Positions 40,931 to 54,973 of a stretch of DNA of 64,000 nucleotides are shown piece by piece. The stretch's first letter is position 1. Each line of letters starts with the position of its first letter. Source of the DNA: Camelus dromedarius. Lineage: Eukaryota. The position numbers were made by a program, and so were the translations under genes. The stretch spans positions 83,454,001-83,518,000 of the forward strand of contig NC_087436.1 of NCBI RefSeq assembly GCF_036321535.1. Reading direction: 5' to 3'. The notes beneath the pieces are model-generated. The model was given only the letters and a program-made list of their open reading frames with translations. It ran no database searches and was not told the DNA's origin.

Positions 40931-42129
40931 CTGGAACAAAACAAACCATTGGTTGCTCAGTCGGAACGGTAAGAAATATGCAACACAGACCCTCCTTTCT
41001 TTAAAATAGAAAAATCAGATAATATGCAGATATTAATTAATTCTAGTCCTCAGATCCCTATCTTTGTTAAAACCAGTAAAATTATGACAGTTCATTATAT
41101 GCTCTTTGCATAAAACCTTATGTTGAACTTTATCATCCCATTAACAAAAATACCTGATGGCATTACAGAAATGGTCGTCGTGCTCTATAATGTCCTTCTT
41201 AGGTATGATCCACGTTTTGTAGCTAAACACAGCAAAACCCAGATGGCAGAATATCAGGGTGGCATTAGAACTAGACTGGAGGAATCGGACTTGGAATCCA
41301 ATGAGAAGTCATTGTAACATTTACTGCGTATTTAACATCTTTTCAGTATATATTACCAATATGATCTGGGGTAATATGCAGCTTATATCTAAGCTGTAAA
41401 CTATCCATAAAAAGAAATAGAGTTAACTTATTAAGAACCTCTCTTTCTGTGATATTTAATATTAATCTTTATATTAGCCAAGATGGAAAAAATATAAACA
41501 GGAAACTTACTTTAAACAGCATGTATTTCAGCCTGACCGAGAGGGCGTAATGCTTATCAGGTGGCAGATGTGTAAGGTTTTTTGACTGCCTCTGTGAAAA
41601 TGGGCAACGGTTTCTAAGTACAACTGTACAACTCAGGTGAGTGAGCACAGAGTAAGCAAGCCGTGTCCATGCAAGATTACAAATATGCAAACAAGAGCAC
41701 GTTTACATTCAGTAGACTCAAACATATAGCTGCCTTGGCGATCTGGACTCCAATTTCGTTGAACTCAAAGATTCACATCTGCATTAAAAGACCACCAAGC
41801 ACAATCCACATATTCTGTGTTACTGAAATAAAGAGCACAAACTGAAGCAATGCGTGTTCATCTATATATTTATAATCTCCCTTTATGAAAAGCCCGTTGG
41901 AAAGTAAATCTGATTAAAGTTCACAATAATCCCATGAAATTGACATATATAAAAATCTACACAAAATAAGCATATAATTAGAGTAGATAATTAATTTTTG
42001 CCTCGGTAGATGGCTTACCACTACAATGGAAATTACTTTCCATTTATGGTGGTGTGGCCAACTTGTCTGTGATTCTTAAAGTTAAAACCGTAGGCCCCAC
42101 CAAAGAATAAAAACAAAGCAAGACAGCAC

Positions 42130-42355
42130 AGCATGATAGCTGTAATGGCAGCTCTGAAGTCAGAATGTTCAGATTTGAATGCTAGCTCCATCACTTCACC
42201 AACTGGATGAACTACTCGACCTTCAAGTTTGCTCATTTGGAAAATGAGGACAGCAACAAGATTTCACACAGGCTGGTCACGAGAATTCAATGAGATAAAA
42301 CATGTAAAGCACTAGAATAATTCCTGGTACATTTAATGAATATTATCTGTTATTG
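42130..42355 (+). mobile_element. MIR
   Basis: gctctgaagtcaga...tttgctcatttggaaaatgagga...tcaatgagataaaacatgtaaagcac. Confidence 0.7.
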
Positions 42356-44649
42356 TTGATGATATTATTTCTTCTAAGGCTGTGAAATCCCCAAGGAGAT
42401 GTCTTATGATTATTTGTCCATAGTTCAGATGACATCCCAGAAACTGTAAAGAAAATGTTTGTGTCTGTCAACACTGCACACCAATTTACACACTAAGATG
42501 ATTTACACAGATAATTTTAGAATGGATCTGAGAAATTAAAAAAAACTGTAACGTTCAATTATATTTATATTTTATACCTCTGAAGTTTGAGTTAGAGACC
42601 TCTCTAAAATGGCTTTCATTAAGCCAAAGCATAGTTGCTCTTATTACCTGAATGTAATCTTTCTGATAAAGAGCGCGATATCTATGACAAAGAATCTTTG
42701 TTCATTCTCACTGGTAATCTTCAATAGATTATCGAAATCCTTAGTGTAAGATCTAGTGCAACAGTATTAGGTTTTCCTGAAGCTCTGAAACACACATTCC
42801 TAGGGAAAGCCCAACCCTCTACCTTCAGGTCATTTTAATACAGTGTCAGGGAAATACATTTGTAATTATACATAAATGACTACTTCAGAAGAAATAAAAA
42901 TCTTCAGATTAAGGCAAAGAAATATTCAGAAAGAGAGAACAGGAAACAGACTATAATAGTATTATATAAATTTAAAGATACTTCAGTTAGAAGAGTGTTA
43001 GAAGATTGATTTTTTTCCTAAACAGAAGGAAGACATAATCAATGTAGGTTTTGAGAATTACAGGAAAAAAGATAGTTATATTATACAATAGAAAGCTTTG
43101 TAAAAAGCAGTTGTGAGCTGTGAGAAAGTTTAGCTGATCTCCAGGGTTAAAAAAAAAACAGTGACTTCAACTTTCTTCCCCACCCCACTTTTTAAAAAAC
43201 GTTTGATCCATATGTTTAAGAAGTCTCCAAGGAGCTAAGTTTTCAATAGATGCAAGTTTTCAATATTGTTCAATATTCCTCTCTAAAGCTTTTATAACAA
43301 TTCCAGTTTCCATGTTGTCCCCCACACATTTGAGACTACTGAATATTCACAGTCTGCTTTCACCAGTGTGCGAGGACATGGTGTTCCTTTGCTAGGGGAG
43401 TTGTGTTACCCCTACACCTTTTGGAAACAGGAGCATGTGAAGAATGTGTTACAATTGGCAACCTACCCTCATTTTTTCAGAATGAAACTAACAAGGGTAG
43501 TAAAGGTCTAGGAGTACAGTAAGGGAAGTACCATGCCTGCAAAACGTTTTCTAGATTCTTCCATCCTTTGCCTAAGGGCTTAGGGAGGGAGGATGAAGAA
43601 ATAAATAGATCAGCAATTCCTCCACTTCACTGAGATGGGGAGATGAGGAAAATGGAATGTACAGGTCAAAATAACCCTTGAAATGCAGAAAGCTTCCACG
43701 GTGGGAGAAGTATGCTACTGGACTTTCAAATGCTCTGTAGTTGTTAATAGTGCTGGTCTTATGAGGAAATACTGACTCCATGCCTTTTGAAGGTTTTGAA
43801 CTGTTTTAGGTCCCAAACACTCCTCTATGTGTGGTAAAAGAGTAGTTCATTAATGTTTCCATTTATTGGAGGCTGAAGTAATAGAATTCTTATAAAAATG
43901 TTTTATTGCATTAACTTTAATTAGTCTTCTAAAGTTAGGATCTTTTAAAGGTAATAGGTGATTTTAAGAAATAGCAAAGAACAGATTGTCTTTAAGTATA
44001 ATTTGATTAAACTGCTTTTTGAATTGCATTAAAATAAACAGATAAAACCTAGTTGATAATCCATAAAGTTCCACCTCACAGAATCCCCACCAGTGACTTT
44101 CAAAACACACAGACTTTGCTATAATTTATTTGGACCATTTCTGGGCATCAGAAGAAACTGAATTTTAAGATCCATCCTCCTCGATTATAAAAATGACGAC
44201 CTCAAATCTATAAAGAGCAAAAGCCTTGAAAAAATTAGCTTTCGACTGTGGAATTTATTTTCAGTTCTGCCTCCCCCACCCCCTCTCTATTTTTGGTATT
44301 GACAGCTAGGCTCAAAATCTGTTTGACCACTGAAGCACTTGAAAACACTCGGAGCAAAAACAAATTTGTCTTCTAAAACTGTAAAATGCTGACAAAGCCT
44401 TTACAGAGGACACTGAAAACATGCCTTCTCTCAGTACACAAACAGCTCAGTCTGGAGGCTGCATACTGCTAGTCACAACAGGTGCATTATTCTAACCTTG
44501 AGCTCTAACAGAAGGTGAATATTTGATATATTCTCAGTAACAAAGGATTAATGGCAAATTTGAATTTCTTTTTGTACTCTTCAGTACATTTTATGTCTTA
44601 CTGCTTAAAATTATATACATTAATCTGTATTCAAACAGAATTCCTGGTA

Positions 44650-45083
44650 CTGTCAGAGGACGTTTATGGAAGAGCTTGCTGGCTGTCCACCCAAATCCAT
44701 TCTACCTTCTCTGCACAGGAATGAAGGGCCATGTGCCCCAGCCTCTCTTGCAGTTAGACAGGCCATGTGATTAAGCTCTCTCCAACAGGATGCAAGAAGT
44801 GTTGTGTGTGGCTTCCAGGCCTGTCCGATAACTTATCTGCCTCACCAGGTACATGCTCGACACTCATTCTCTTCTTGTGAACTGGAATAGAGATGGAAAC
44901 CACCCTAGGGCCCTGGAAGCCACTTGAAGATGGCAGAGGGACAACTGGCCTGGGTCCCTGAAACACTGCATGGAGCAAATCTTCTACTCCTGAGCCCTAA
45001 GATCCTGCTTTAGATGGTGACGGGAGAAAGGACTTTTACAATGCTCAAGACATTGCATTTTGGGTCTTTTGTTACTCTAAACA
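44650..45083 (+). mobile_element. Old MLT1 (I/J-like) LTR
   Basis: cccagcctctcttgcagttagacaggccatgtga and gaagatggcagagg...ctgggtccctg motifs. Confidence 0.65.
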
Positions 45084-45104
45084 ATATGGCAACCATCCAT
45101 TCAC

Positions 45105-45600
45105 TTTTTTTTTTTTTAAGTGAAGTATAGTCAGTTACAAGGTATCAATTTCTGGTGTACAGCACAATGATTTAGTCATCCATATACATGCATATATTCA
45201 TTTTCATATTCTTTTTCATTATAGGTTACTACAAGGTATTGAATATAGTTCCCTGTGCTATACAGAAGAAACTTTTAATCTATTTTATATATAGTAGTTA
45301 GTAACCGCAAATCTCAAACTCCCAATTTATTCTTTCCCACCCTTCTTAACCCTGGTAACCATAAATTTGTTTTCTATGTCTGTGAGTCTGTTACTGTTTT
45401 GTAAATAAGTTCATTTGTGTCTTTAAAAAAATATTCCACGTATCAGTGATATCATATGGTATTTTTTTTTTCTTCTTTTCTGGCTTACTTCACTTAGAAT
45501 CCAGGTTCATCCATGTTGCAGCAGATGCCATTATTTTATTATTTTTAATGGCTAAGTAGTAGTTCATTATATAAATATACCCTAACCTCTTTATTCATTA
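45105..45600 (-). mobile_element. Artiodactyl-type L1 3' end, 5'-truncated (about 500 bp)
   Basis: Poly-T followed by gaagtatagtcagttaca...ttataggttactacaag...ggcttacttcacttagaat...ccatgttgc. Confidence 0.88.
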
Positions 45601-45799
45601 AAGTTTTTAAACACATTTTGTGGGTGCTGAACGATGCTGGGCACTGGGGTACAATGGTGGATGGAGAACCGGACAGACACAGGTCCTTGCCCTCGTTACT
45701 TTGTATTTTGGTTACTGCTCCAACTGCAGTTTGTGACATGGTTAATGTTATCTTCATTTCTAAGCTAGGTTCTCTCTGAATAGCCCTCACCACCCTTGG

Positions 45800-46345
45800 G
45801 CTATTAACCCAGTTGATGGAGTCATCCTTTCAAAAGGCACTTCAGAAAATGACTCTCTTCCCTTTAATCCTCTGATGGCTCCTCATCTCACTGAAGGTAA
45901 ATGCTGAAGATCTAAAAACGGTTACAAAGCCGTATTGCTACATCTCTGATCTCATCTCCTGTGATGCTCCCCCCCCCCCCCCCCCGACCTCTGCTCCAAC
46001 CACAGTAGCCTGCTGCTTATCCTCAAAAGCCTAAGGCTGTTGCTCCCTCCTCCTGGAGTCTCTCCTGAGATCCTGATAGCTCACTCCCTCACCATCTTCA
46101 GGTCCCTGCACAAGTGCCATTCTCAGCGAGTCCTGACCTGAGGACCTCCAACTGGGAGACACCAGTCCTCAACCTCTCACCTCCCACCCACTTCCCAGCT
46201 TCATTTCTCTGCACAGCACGTACTGACATCTGACCATGTATTTGTTTCTTATCTGTCTTGAGTATATAAACTTCAGGAGGGCAGGGAGTGTGTCTGTTTT
46301 GATCACCATTTGTCCTTAGTGCCTAAAATTGTGCTTGTCATAGTT
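45800..46345 (+). mobile_element. L2 3' fragment
   Basis: tatataaacttcaggagggcagggagtgtgtctgttttg...agtgcctaa is an L2 tail signature. Confidence 0.65.
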
Positions 46346-46519
46346 AATTGTTGTATCACTGAAAGAACGAATAATTTTAAATCAATGGCTCCTAATGGTA
46401 GGCCCTTTTACGTTAATCTGATGCCATTCAGGTAATCACCATCATGCAGTTTTTGACCAGAGTTCTTGCTGAGTTATACTGCATTAAAAACAAGAGTTAA
46501 AAGCTTCTAAATTAGGTAA

Positions 46520-47350
46520 ACGATTGTTTTCCAGCAGCAGGTAAAATGGTTTGGAGAGGGGACAGGGAGAGAGTGGAGGCATGAGGACACATTAGGTGGC
46601 TGTTTTCATATTCCAGACTAGCTATAGAAAGGGCCTCAGCTATGCAATGGCAACACAAAGGGAAGAGGGCGGCAGGCATATTCTTAGAGTAGAGACACCT
46701 TAATTTGTTATATGATTGAGAAGTTTGAAGAAGGACTGGGAATAAGGAAAAGGAAAGGACTTAGAAAATGACTAAGATGATGATCTGATGAAATCAGATG
46801 GGTATACTCAGTGAAAAATAGACCGAGGAGAAGATGATGAGTGTGATTTTAACATACTGACTTTGAGGTATGATCTAAGGAGCACTGCAGTTAAATGTTG
46901 ATCTGGAAATCATCTGTAGGGAGGTGACATCCGACACCATGAAGTAGAGAAGCTCTCACTTGAAATGCTGAGGGAAAAGAGACATGAGACAACAATCTGC
47001 ATATCATTTACATCTAAGCATGCTTTGTGGAAGATTAGCCAGTGAAGGACACAGCAAAGAACACAGTCATTGTGCTAAGGGGACAAAGAGAGGTCAACAT
47101 CACAGAGGCCAAGGGAGAAAGAGTTCTGAGAAAAAAGGATGGAGTATCAAGTGCCACAAGGACTTAAGGAGGTCAAGGACCAAGCAGACAATAGCACAGT
47201 GGTCTTGAAAGGCCAGTTCCAACCCCATGTCCACCCACCAACACGGAGACAGCAGTTTCTTCAGGGAAGTGGGGTAGGATCCGGATTACAGGGGTTGATG
47301 AGCAAGTGTGAAAAGACCTGGAAATGCAGACTTGTTCAAAATTTTTGATG
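46520..47350 (-). mobile_element. Degenerate L2 fragment
   Basis: tttaacatactgactttgaggt and catcacagaggccaagggagaaagagtt...tcaagtgcc motifs. Confidence 0.55.
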
Positions 47351-47949
47351 GCACAAAACAAAGGGGAGAGATTGGACATCAGAGCAGAGGGAGCAGAGAG
47401 GAATTTAAACACATGCTGTTTTCAGTTTTTCCTGTTCTTTAGCACATTTCATTGCATTTAAATCTCACCAAAAAAAAAAAAAAACCCACATAGAGATATT
47501 AATGTTTCCATGTCACAGATAAATTAACTGAAGCTAAGTAACATGTTCACATGACATACCTATTAGGTGATAAAGTTGGAAATGAAATTCAGGTCTGATT
47601 AGAAGACCTATACTCCTTCTTTGAACCCTGTGATTTTGGAGGGTGTACATGACAGTAAGTAGATGCTGTTTATGATTAAGAGAGGTACTAGACTATGTTT
47701 TTATTTTTATACATTAAATGTAATGCTTATTATAGAATTAGTATAATTTCCCACATATTCTTTGGAGTAACAATTACCTCTAACACTACTACCACCATCA
47801 TAATATAATCATACAATCACTTTTAGGTATATTTCCTTTGACTTTTTCCCAAGGAATGAACATTTAAATGTATATCTTTACACATACATATATATACATG
47901 CATGCACCATATACATTGCATCATAACTTACTTTTAACATTGAGGGAGA

Positions 47950-48110
47950 GTATCATGAAATCCCAACTCCACCACTTACGTGTGATCTTGGACAGCTGTT
48001 TAACCTCCTGTGCCTCATTTCCTCATGTTTAGACTGAGAATATTAATAATAACTACCTTATGGATTATTGGGAGGGTTAAAGTTGATAATATATGCAAAG
48101 CACTTAAAAA
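47950..48110 (+). mobile_element. MIR
   Basis: tgtgatcttggacagctgtttaacctcctgtgcctcatttcctcat core. Confidence 0.7.
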
Positions 48111-49779
48111 ACACCTTGCCAAACATTTTTCATTTTACTAAATAGTCTTCAGAACCATAATTTTAATTCATTGCATAACACTATGTTGAATTGACATACA
48201 AATATTAGTTATCTGGTCTCCTACTTTTGAACACTTAAATTGCTTCTAATTTCTCATGATTATAGATAACCACGTGGTGAGCAAATTAATACTTACTGTC
48301 TTTTCCATAGTTAAGATTGTGCCTCTAGAGCAGAGTGGCGGAGGAAGGATTATTGGATAAATTGCGTGACTGAGTCATGGCTTTTGATTCAAGCTGTTAA
48401 ATTGTGCCCTAGAGAGAACGTTTTTAGAGATAGAAGCTTTTTCTAGGCCAACAGAAACGTGCCAATGGAGAGGAAGCAATGAAAAGTGTACATGTGTGTG
48501 AGCGTCTGTGTATATGTTTGTACATATGGGTGGGGAGATGGATGGAGAAAATAGAATTTCCAAAGATGCTTAACCTCTTAGGTTAACCTCCGAATTTAGA
48601 AAAACCACTTTTATCATTTGAGCAGGTGAGAAAATAAAATAGGTGAAGAACTAGAGAAATTTTGAAGCAGGTGTGAGGGGAGTTGCTAAAACACAAGCTG
48701 GCTGTCTTAGCTCTTGAAAATAAATCAGGGGATGAGGTTTTCTTCTGAGAGAGACCGAAGAGCACAGGTGGGAGCTAGCAGTGTAAGGCGAGGGGAAATG
48801 GTTGGGACCACGGCAATAATTGCAGATGAGGCAGGACACACCGAATGCCAGCCACTACCATTCATTTCTATTCTATTTTCTAATGATCTGTAGTCTCTTG
48901 GTCTCTGCTGGTCATGACAGCCTCAAGAGGTAAAAGATCTAAAGAGGAAGCACTCAGTCCCCACTTTAGACTCCAAATCTGCAAGATGCCTTTTCAGGTC
49001 TGCAGCCTATTCCCCTCTTGAGCTGAGTTGTGAGCTGATGCAATCCCTGTGAAATGACTACTTATGTTCTTCAGTTCCTCTCCTTTGATTTTCTCTGGAA
49101 AATGGTTTTGCTCATGTCTCTCCACCAAAATTGTTCTTATTAAGTAATCTCCAGCTTTCTAATTTCAGTGGTCAGGCTCTCAGGCTTCTACTTGGCTAAC
49201 CATTTCACCCTCTTTCCAGCTCGAGATACTTAACTTCCAAGACACCAAACACATCTCGTTTTTCTTCTCCTTTGCTGGTTGCTCCTTCTTAAGTTTCTTC
49301 GCCAGGTACCTTCTCATCTTCCCGCCCCCTTCATGCTGTTATGCATCAGGACTCACGGTCCCTGAGGTCTCTTCTCTTTTCTGTCCACACTCGCTCCCTC
49401 TTGTCTCATCCAGCATACTGGCTTTAAATATCCTGTATCTGCTGATGACTTCCACACTGTTATCTCCAGCAAGGATATCGATATTCCCCCTAAACTCTCT
49501 GCCCAGAAATCTGGTCTCCATCCTGATATCTCCCATTAGATATTTGATAGGCAGCTCGATCTTAACATGCCTAACACTGAACCATGATATCATCACCCAG
49601 ACTTCTGTCATCTCCATCTCAGTAAACTGGCAACACGAATCTTCTCATTGCTCAGCCCAAGAGCCATGGGGCTTCTGTTACTTCCATACCCCACTGGTGA
49701 TGTCAGGAAATTCTGTCAATTCTACCTTCAAAATATATCCCGAATCCATCCATTACCTCATGACTACTGCAATACATAC

Positions 49780-49870
49780 TTGAGGAGGACCCATTCGCAT
49801 TTCAGTCGATGTGCACGACGCCCCACTGAGTTGTGCATTGTAGCCTGCAAGGCAACGTGTGCTGGCCTAA
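49780..49870. mobile_element. MER91A-like (hAT-Tip100) fragment
   Basis: cccattcgcat...atgtgcacgacgcccc actgagttgtgca resembles the palindromic MER91 centre. Confidence 0.5.
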
Positions 49871-50314
49871 GGTGTGGTATCACCTTAGTTCAAACTACCA
49901 TCAGTGCAAATCTAGATGACAGCAATAGTTTTGTAACTGGTTTCCCTGCTTCTGCCTTTGCCTGTTTACTGTCTGTTCTCAACACAGTAGTCAAACCAGT
50001 GTTCAGGAGGTCACATCACTGCTCTACCTAGAACCCTCGAGCAGATTCTCATCTCACCCGGAGTCAAGGGAAGGTCCTTACAATGATTCTATGAGGCCTG
50101 GCTGCATCTGCCCTCGCCCTTCCATTACCTCTTTCACTTTGCTCATTCTCTTTCAACCCTAACAGTATTCTTGTGGTTTCTGGAACATTCCAGATAAATG
50201 ATTGTCTTGGGGTCTCTGTACCTGCTACGATAGAATGGCTTCCTTCCTTACTTCCTCTATGTCTTTATACTCAAATGTCAAATTCTAGGGTAGTCTTCCC
50301 TGATCACTCTACCT

Positions 50315-50552
50315 ATTTATTTTTATTGAAGTACAGTCAGTGTACAATGTTGTGTCAATTTCTGGAGTACAGCATAATAGTTCAGTCATACATGAACATA
50401 TATATATTCCTTTACATATTGTTTTTAATTATAAGGCACTACAAGATATTGAATATAGTTCCCCATGCTATACAGTATAAACTTGTTGTCTGTCTATTTT
50501 ATATATAGTAGTTAGTACTTGTAAATCTTGAACTCCCAATGTATCCCTTCCC
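50315..50552 (-). mobile_element. Artiodactyl-type L1 3' end (about 240 bp)
   Basis: ttttattgaagtacagtcag...ctacaagatattgaatatagttccc. Flanked by CTATTTA on both sides. Confidence 0.88.
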
Positions 50553-52716
50553 ACTCTATTTAAAATTGTATCCTCTGCCCTCTCACCATTCCTATCCCTA
50601 TTTCTTGCTTTATTTTTCTTCCTAATAGTCATCACTATCCAATCTATTTCATGTTGTACTTTTCCATCTTGATTATTATCTGTTTCCCTTACTAGAATGT
50701 AAGCTCTAAGAGGGCAGTGATTTTTGCCTGTTTTTCTCACAGCTGTATCCCCAGGGTTTGAAACATATTTCCTAGCACACAGAAGGCATATAATTATTTT
50801 TCTGGCTACAGAAACAAAAGCTCAGTTGGCATATAAAGAACTTGAAATGGAGTGGGAAAAGGTTTTGGAGAAGAGTGGGAAAAATAAAAATTCAGATGCA
50901 CAACTTCACTGTCAGGACATAGTCTAAATCCTAGCCATTGTTCTGTTCCCCGACTCTTTGCTTTGTGGTTACCTGTGAAGGTGAGATTTAAAATTCATGG
51001 GATATGAGTCAGAAAAGATCTTAGAGAATACCCTCACTTTACAGATGAGGAAGTTTTTCTTCTAAGTTGGCAGGGTTTTACATTATTCATTGCAGTAAAG
51101 ACATGGTCCACTAAGCTCACATGATAAACATGTGCCCTGCACAATCCTGGAATGTGGAAACTGGCAGCTAAGGTGGGGGCAAATCCTGCCGCAGACAAAA
51201 GACCAGAATGGAATTAGGCTCTCTCATCCAAATGTTTTTAAACAAAGACTATGTCCATATGTTTACCAATCAAACATATATTCTAAGGAATAAAGGTACA
51301 CATCCACTTTTATTAGCTACTATCACCTAGCTAATTTAAGATACTATTCCTGGTGAAAAAAAAAATTGATGGGTTAAGTTCATTTTAAAAGGGATCCAAA
51401 CAGAGAAGTCTATTCTTTTCAAAGAAGCCAAGTGTCAGACTTTGAGTTATTTCTCTTCCACAGATTAGGAAATCGTGGGCCAAATAAAGAGCTAATGGAA
51501 TTAGCATCATTTAATTTACTATAAAATGTACTTTTCCCACCAAATAAGAATTACACTGACTGTATAATGGTTCCAAAGCTCACATTCTTTATTTGGAGAA
51601 TTGTGTCAGCCATGGGTCTCAGGTGGGTGCTTACCTCGTTCGTCCTAAGTGATCAGTTTATTTCTCGAAACAGGGTATCAAGACATTTGGGGGAAGATGG
51701 AATAAACATGTTTTCCCTAGATTTGCATTTATGTTTATTTTATTTAGGGCAAAATTGGGAATCTTCTCTGATCACATGCAGAAATTGACAATGGGAAAAT
51801 AGGTGGCCCGTAAGTTTTACTAAATTTATGGAAAACCCAGCATGGAGCTAAAAACCTGCTCAGAGATAAAGTACAACAGAGGCTTTATACCCTGGGAGAA
51901 TGGATATTACCTATTTTTATTAGGGACTCCATGTTATATTAGAAAATTTATCTTCAGGTTTTTTAAAAAATTTTTTTTGGTTTAATTTCTTAAAACTAAA
52001 GAGAATTAGAAGACAGACTTTGGTTCTCACTTTTCAGAGAAACTGAAGTGTATATAAAAAAGGATTATGCATATTTATAGTTTAACTGAATAAATATTTA
52101 GTTATTGACTAAAACCACTTGTAACAACTTACATATCAAATTAATGATCCAGAGTTCAGGTCTGGGGTAACTGTGTAGGAGATTAATTTTTTTGTTTCTC
52201 ATCAATATAGGAAAAAATACTATATAGTTATGAAATTAAATTTCTGAACACCAAGAAAAGTTCTGAACACAAAGAGTTGATCCTCTTTTCCTATGTATTT
52301 TTTTTTACCTCACTTTAAGTTCACTCATTAAATTTTCTTTTTACATATTCATATAGACAAGAAAAAATGGGGAAAAATAAGAAAAAATGCTCTATCAATA
52401 ATTTTATTTCAAAAATAAAGTTTAAAGACACTCAAAAAGATGAGATAAAAATCAGACCAATCTCAATAACATGGAAATCAGAGAGTGTGGTGTTCCTGGT
52501 TCCTTTGGCAAAATGTAATCTTTCTTGAACTTGGTTTTTACTTTTGTTAAAAAAATAAAAGTGTGCATATTTAGTAGTTCTAAAGTCTCTTTCAAAACTC
52601 TTGTTCTATAATTCTGTGAAACCCAAGACTGAAATTATTTTTTACAAAGCAAGGAAAAGAGATGTGATATTTCCTTACTGGCTACAAGTAAAAATTTTAT
52701 AGAATTATTCACTTAC

Positions 52717-52903
52717 CACAAGATCATCTTGATTTTCACTGGGCTCAGAAAGTCTGGAGCTGGATTTCTGACGTTTAGGCTTGCCCCTTTCTCCAGCGTA
52801 ACCAGAAGAATTTTCATGTAATTTTTCCACTTCCTGAGCATTCAAAATACATTCATCAAGGTTGTTGAATCCAGAAGGAATATTTTCTTTGTTGATAAGT
52901 CCC
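52717..52903 (-). CDS. FAM13A: FAM13A coding exon (187 nt): GLINKENIPSGFNNLDEC...ENQDDLV
   Basis: Within ORF 52705-52914. Acceptor ttcaag, donor gtaagt, phase 2 to 0. Confidence 0.93.
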
Positions 52904-54184
52904 CTTGAATTCAAAAAAATTTTTAACTTAATTTTACTTTAAAAGGTAAAAGGGATATTTTAATGACTCTGCTACTGTATCACACAGTCAGAAGGTGCCT
53001 AGAAATTCCAGGCTGCATCTTTGATCAAAATCTGAGCAGAGTGCTACTCCTGAGACTGCCTGGTGCCAAATATATCACATTAAAAGAGAAATTATTCCTA
53101 GAGGCAAACTGGCAAGGGCTGTGTTTCTACCAACGAACAGCTTTTGTATTTGTACCAAAAGTAATTTGTATTCAAACCAGGAGAACAGTGTAAGCTTACA
53201 AAGGTTTTTTCCCATTATTCACAGATTTTTATACACACACACACACACACATCTCATAAATCAATACAACATATGATGAAAAATCTGAAAAGTAAATATG
53301 ATGTCATTTTTTTCTAGAATGGGACGTACTGATTTTCCCAATTAATAAAGACACATAAGCAGAGTGGAAATGCTTTCCTATACCTAAATCTGACAGCATT
53401 AGATAATCTTGATAGAAGTAGTATAATAAACACCATGGAATCTAAAGCATTTTAATTGAAATATGGATTCATTACTTCCCAGCATAAGATGTTTCAGGAT
53501 GTGAGCTTATAACTGGAGGTCCCTCATGACTTAGTTTTAGAAGTAGATATCAATGTCATAATTACAGAATTTGATTCATTTAATGCTCCTGAAATAGTTT
53601 TCCTTAAGTATTTTAACATTCCCTTTTAAGAGGTTTTCAGAAAATTACATTACTTTGGCAACATGTTTGTCTTCTACTATATCACAGAGCAAATCAAACC
53701 ATCAGGGCAGCACTGCGGCTTGGTCAGGAACAAACGAATGACATTTTACACTCCCTCCTGGTATGACCCTAAAGGTACCTCTCTCTCAACACTGAAAGCT
53801 GTATCTTGAAATAAATGAGCTCTAAAGAGTGAAAATAGGTGACTATATTTTACTATCAATTCAATCATATTCTTAAGTGAAAGAAAATGTTAAGTATTTA
53901 CTCTGCAATTTAAATTCATATCCTTAGATAGGTTATCATGGAGGCAAAATTATGAATACAATACCATAATATTTTCAAAGTTATACTAACTTTGGAGATT
54001 TTTAACACTCCATTTTTAATTCAGTCTTATCTTACATAACTTTTAATGTATAAGTATACAGATTTAGTAAAATTATATAAAAGATATATGCAACATTTAT
54101 AAGAAATGTAGTAAGTATAAAATAATTGAAGACATAAAGAAAAGTTGATAGGGACTGACAGATATATACACAGCACATATACAC

Positions 54185-54411
54185 TTTTTTTTTTAAATTG
54201 AAGTATAGTCAGTTTACAATGTTGTGTCAGCTTCTGGTGTACAGCATAATGTTTCAGTCATACATACACATATATATTCCTTTTCATTATAGGTTACTAC
54301 AAGATATTGAATACAGTTCCCTGTGCTATATGGTAGAAACTTGTTCATCTATTTTATATATAGCAGTTAATATCTGAAATCTCGAACTCCCAAATTATCT
54401 CTTCTCCCCTC
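54185..54411 (-). mobile_element. Artiodactyl-type L1 3' end (about 230 bp)
   Basis: Poly-T, ttgaagtatagtcagtttacaatgttgtgtc and ttataggttactacaagatattgaa. Confidence 0.88.
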
Positions 54412-54581
54412 TATGCATGGAGAGCAGTGCCTTCTGTAGATGGCTGGATGAGTTTGGTCTCAAATTCACAATTCTTTGTTTTACTACTTAAATTCTGTCA
54501 TTACTCTTCCTATTTTCCCTAAGTCCTGCGGTATACATTCAATTATAATTTTTTAATAGAGGAGTTTTTAGGTTTGAAAGC

Positions 54582-54973
54582 TGTTATGAACTAATTGTGC
54601 CTGCCCTCTGCCCTCAATTCACATTTTGAAGCTCTAACCTCCAACATGACTGTCTTTGGAGATAGGGCCTTTGAAGAGGCAATTAATGTTACATGAGACT
54701 GTAAAGGTGGGGACTTAATCCAAGAGGTCTAGTGTCTTTAGAAGAAATGGCAGAGACACCAGGAGAGCATGCACACCAAGGAGAGGCCATGTGAGGACAC
54801 ACTCACTGAGCAGGCACCGTCTGCAAGTCAAACAGAGGTCTCAACCCAAACCAACCCTGCCAGCACCTTGATCTTGGACTCTCAGCCCCTCTGAACTGCG
54901 AGAAAATAGATTTCTGTTGTTTAAGCCCACCAGTCCATGGTACTTGTTATGGTAACCCCAGAAGACTAACGCA
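54582..54973 (+). mobile_element. MLT1B-like solo LTR with intact ends
   Basis: TG...CA termini, 5-bp TSD AAAGC (54577-54581 and 54974-54978), and ccagcaccttgatcttggact motif. Confidence 0.9.

Larger units (their letters stand above)
49100..50800 (+). mobile_element. Long L2 fragment hosting nested MER91-like and L1 insertions
   Basis: ggctttaaatatcctgtatctgctgatgact, ttctaccttcaaaatatatcc and the tail ctagaatgtaagctctaagagggcag. Confidence 0.75.

Noticed and set aside
45800..50800. Oppositely oriented L2 fragments that might form dsRNA
   Set aside because: Too old and diverged, with no long complementary run visible.
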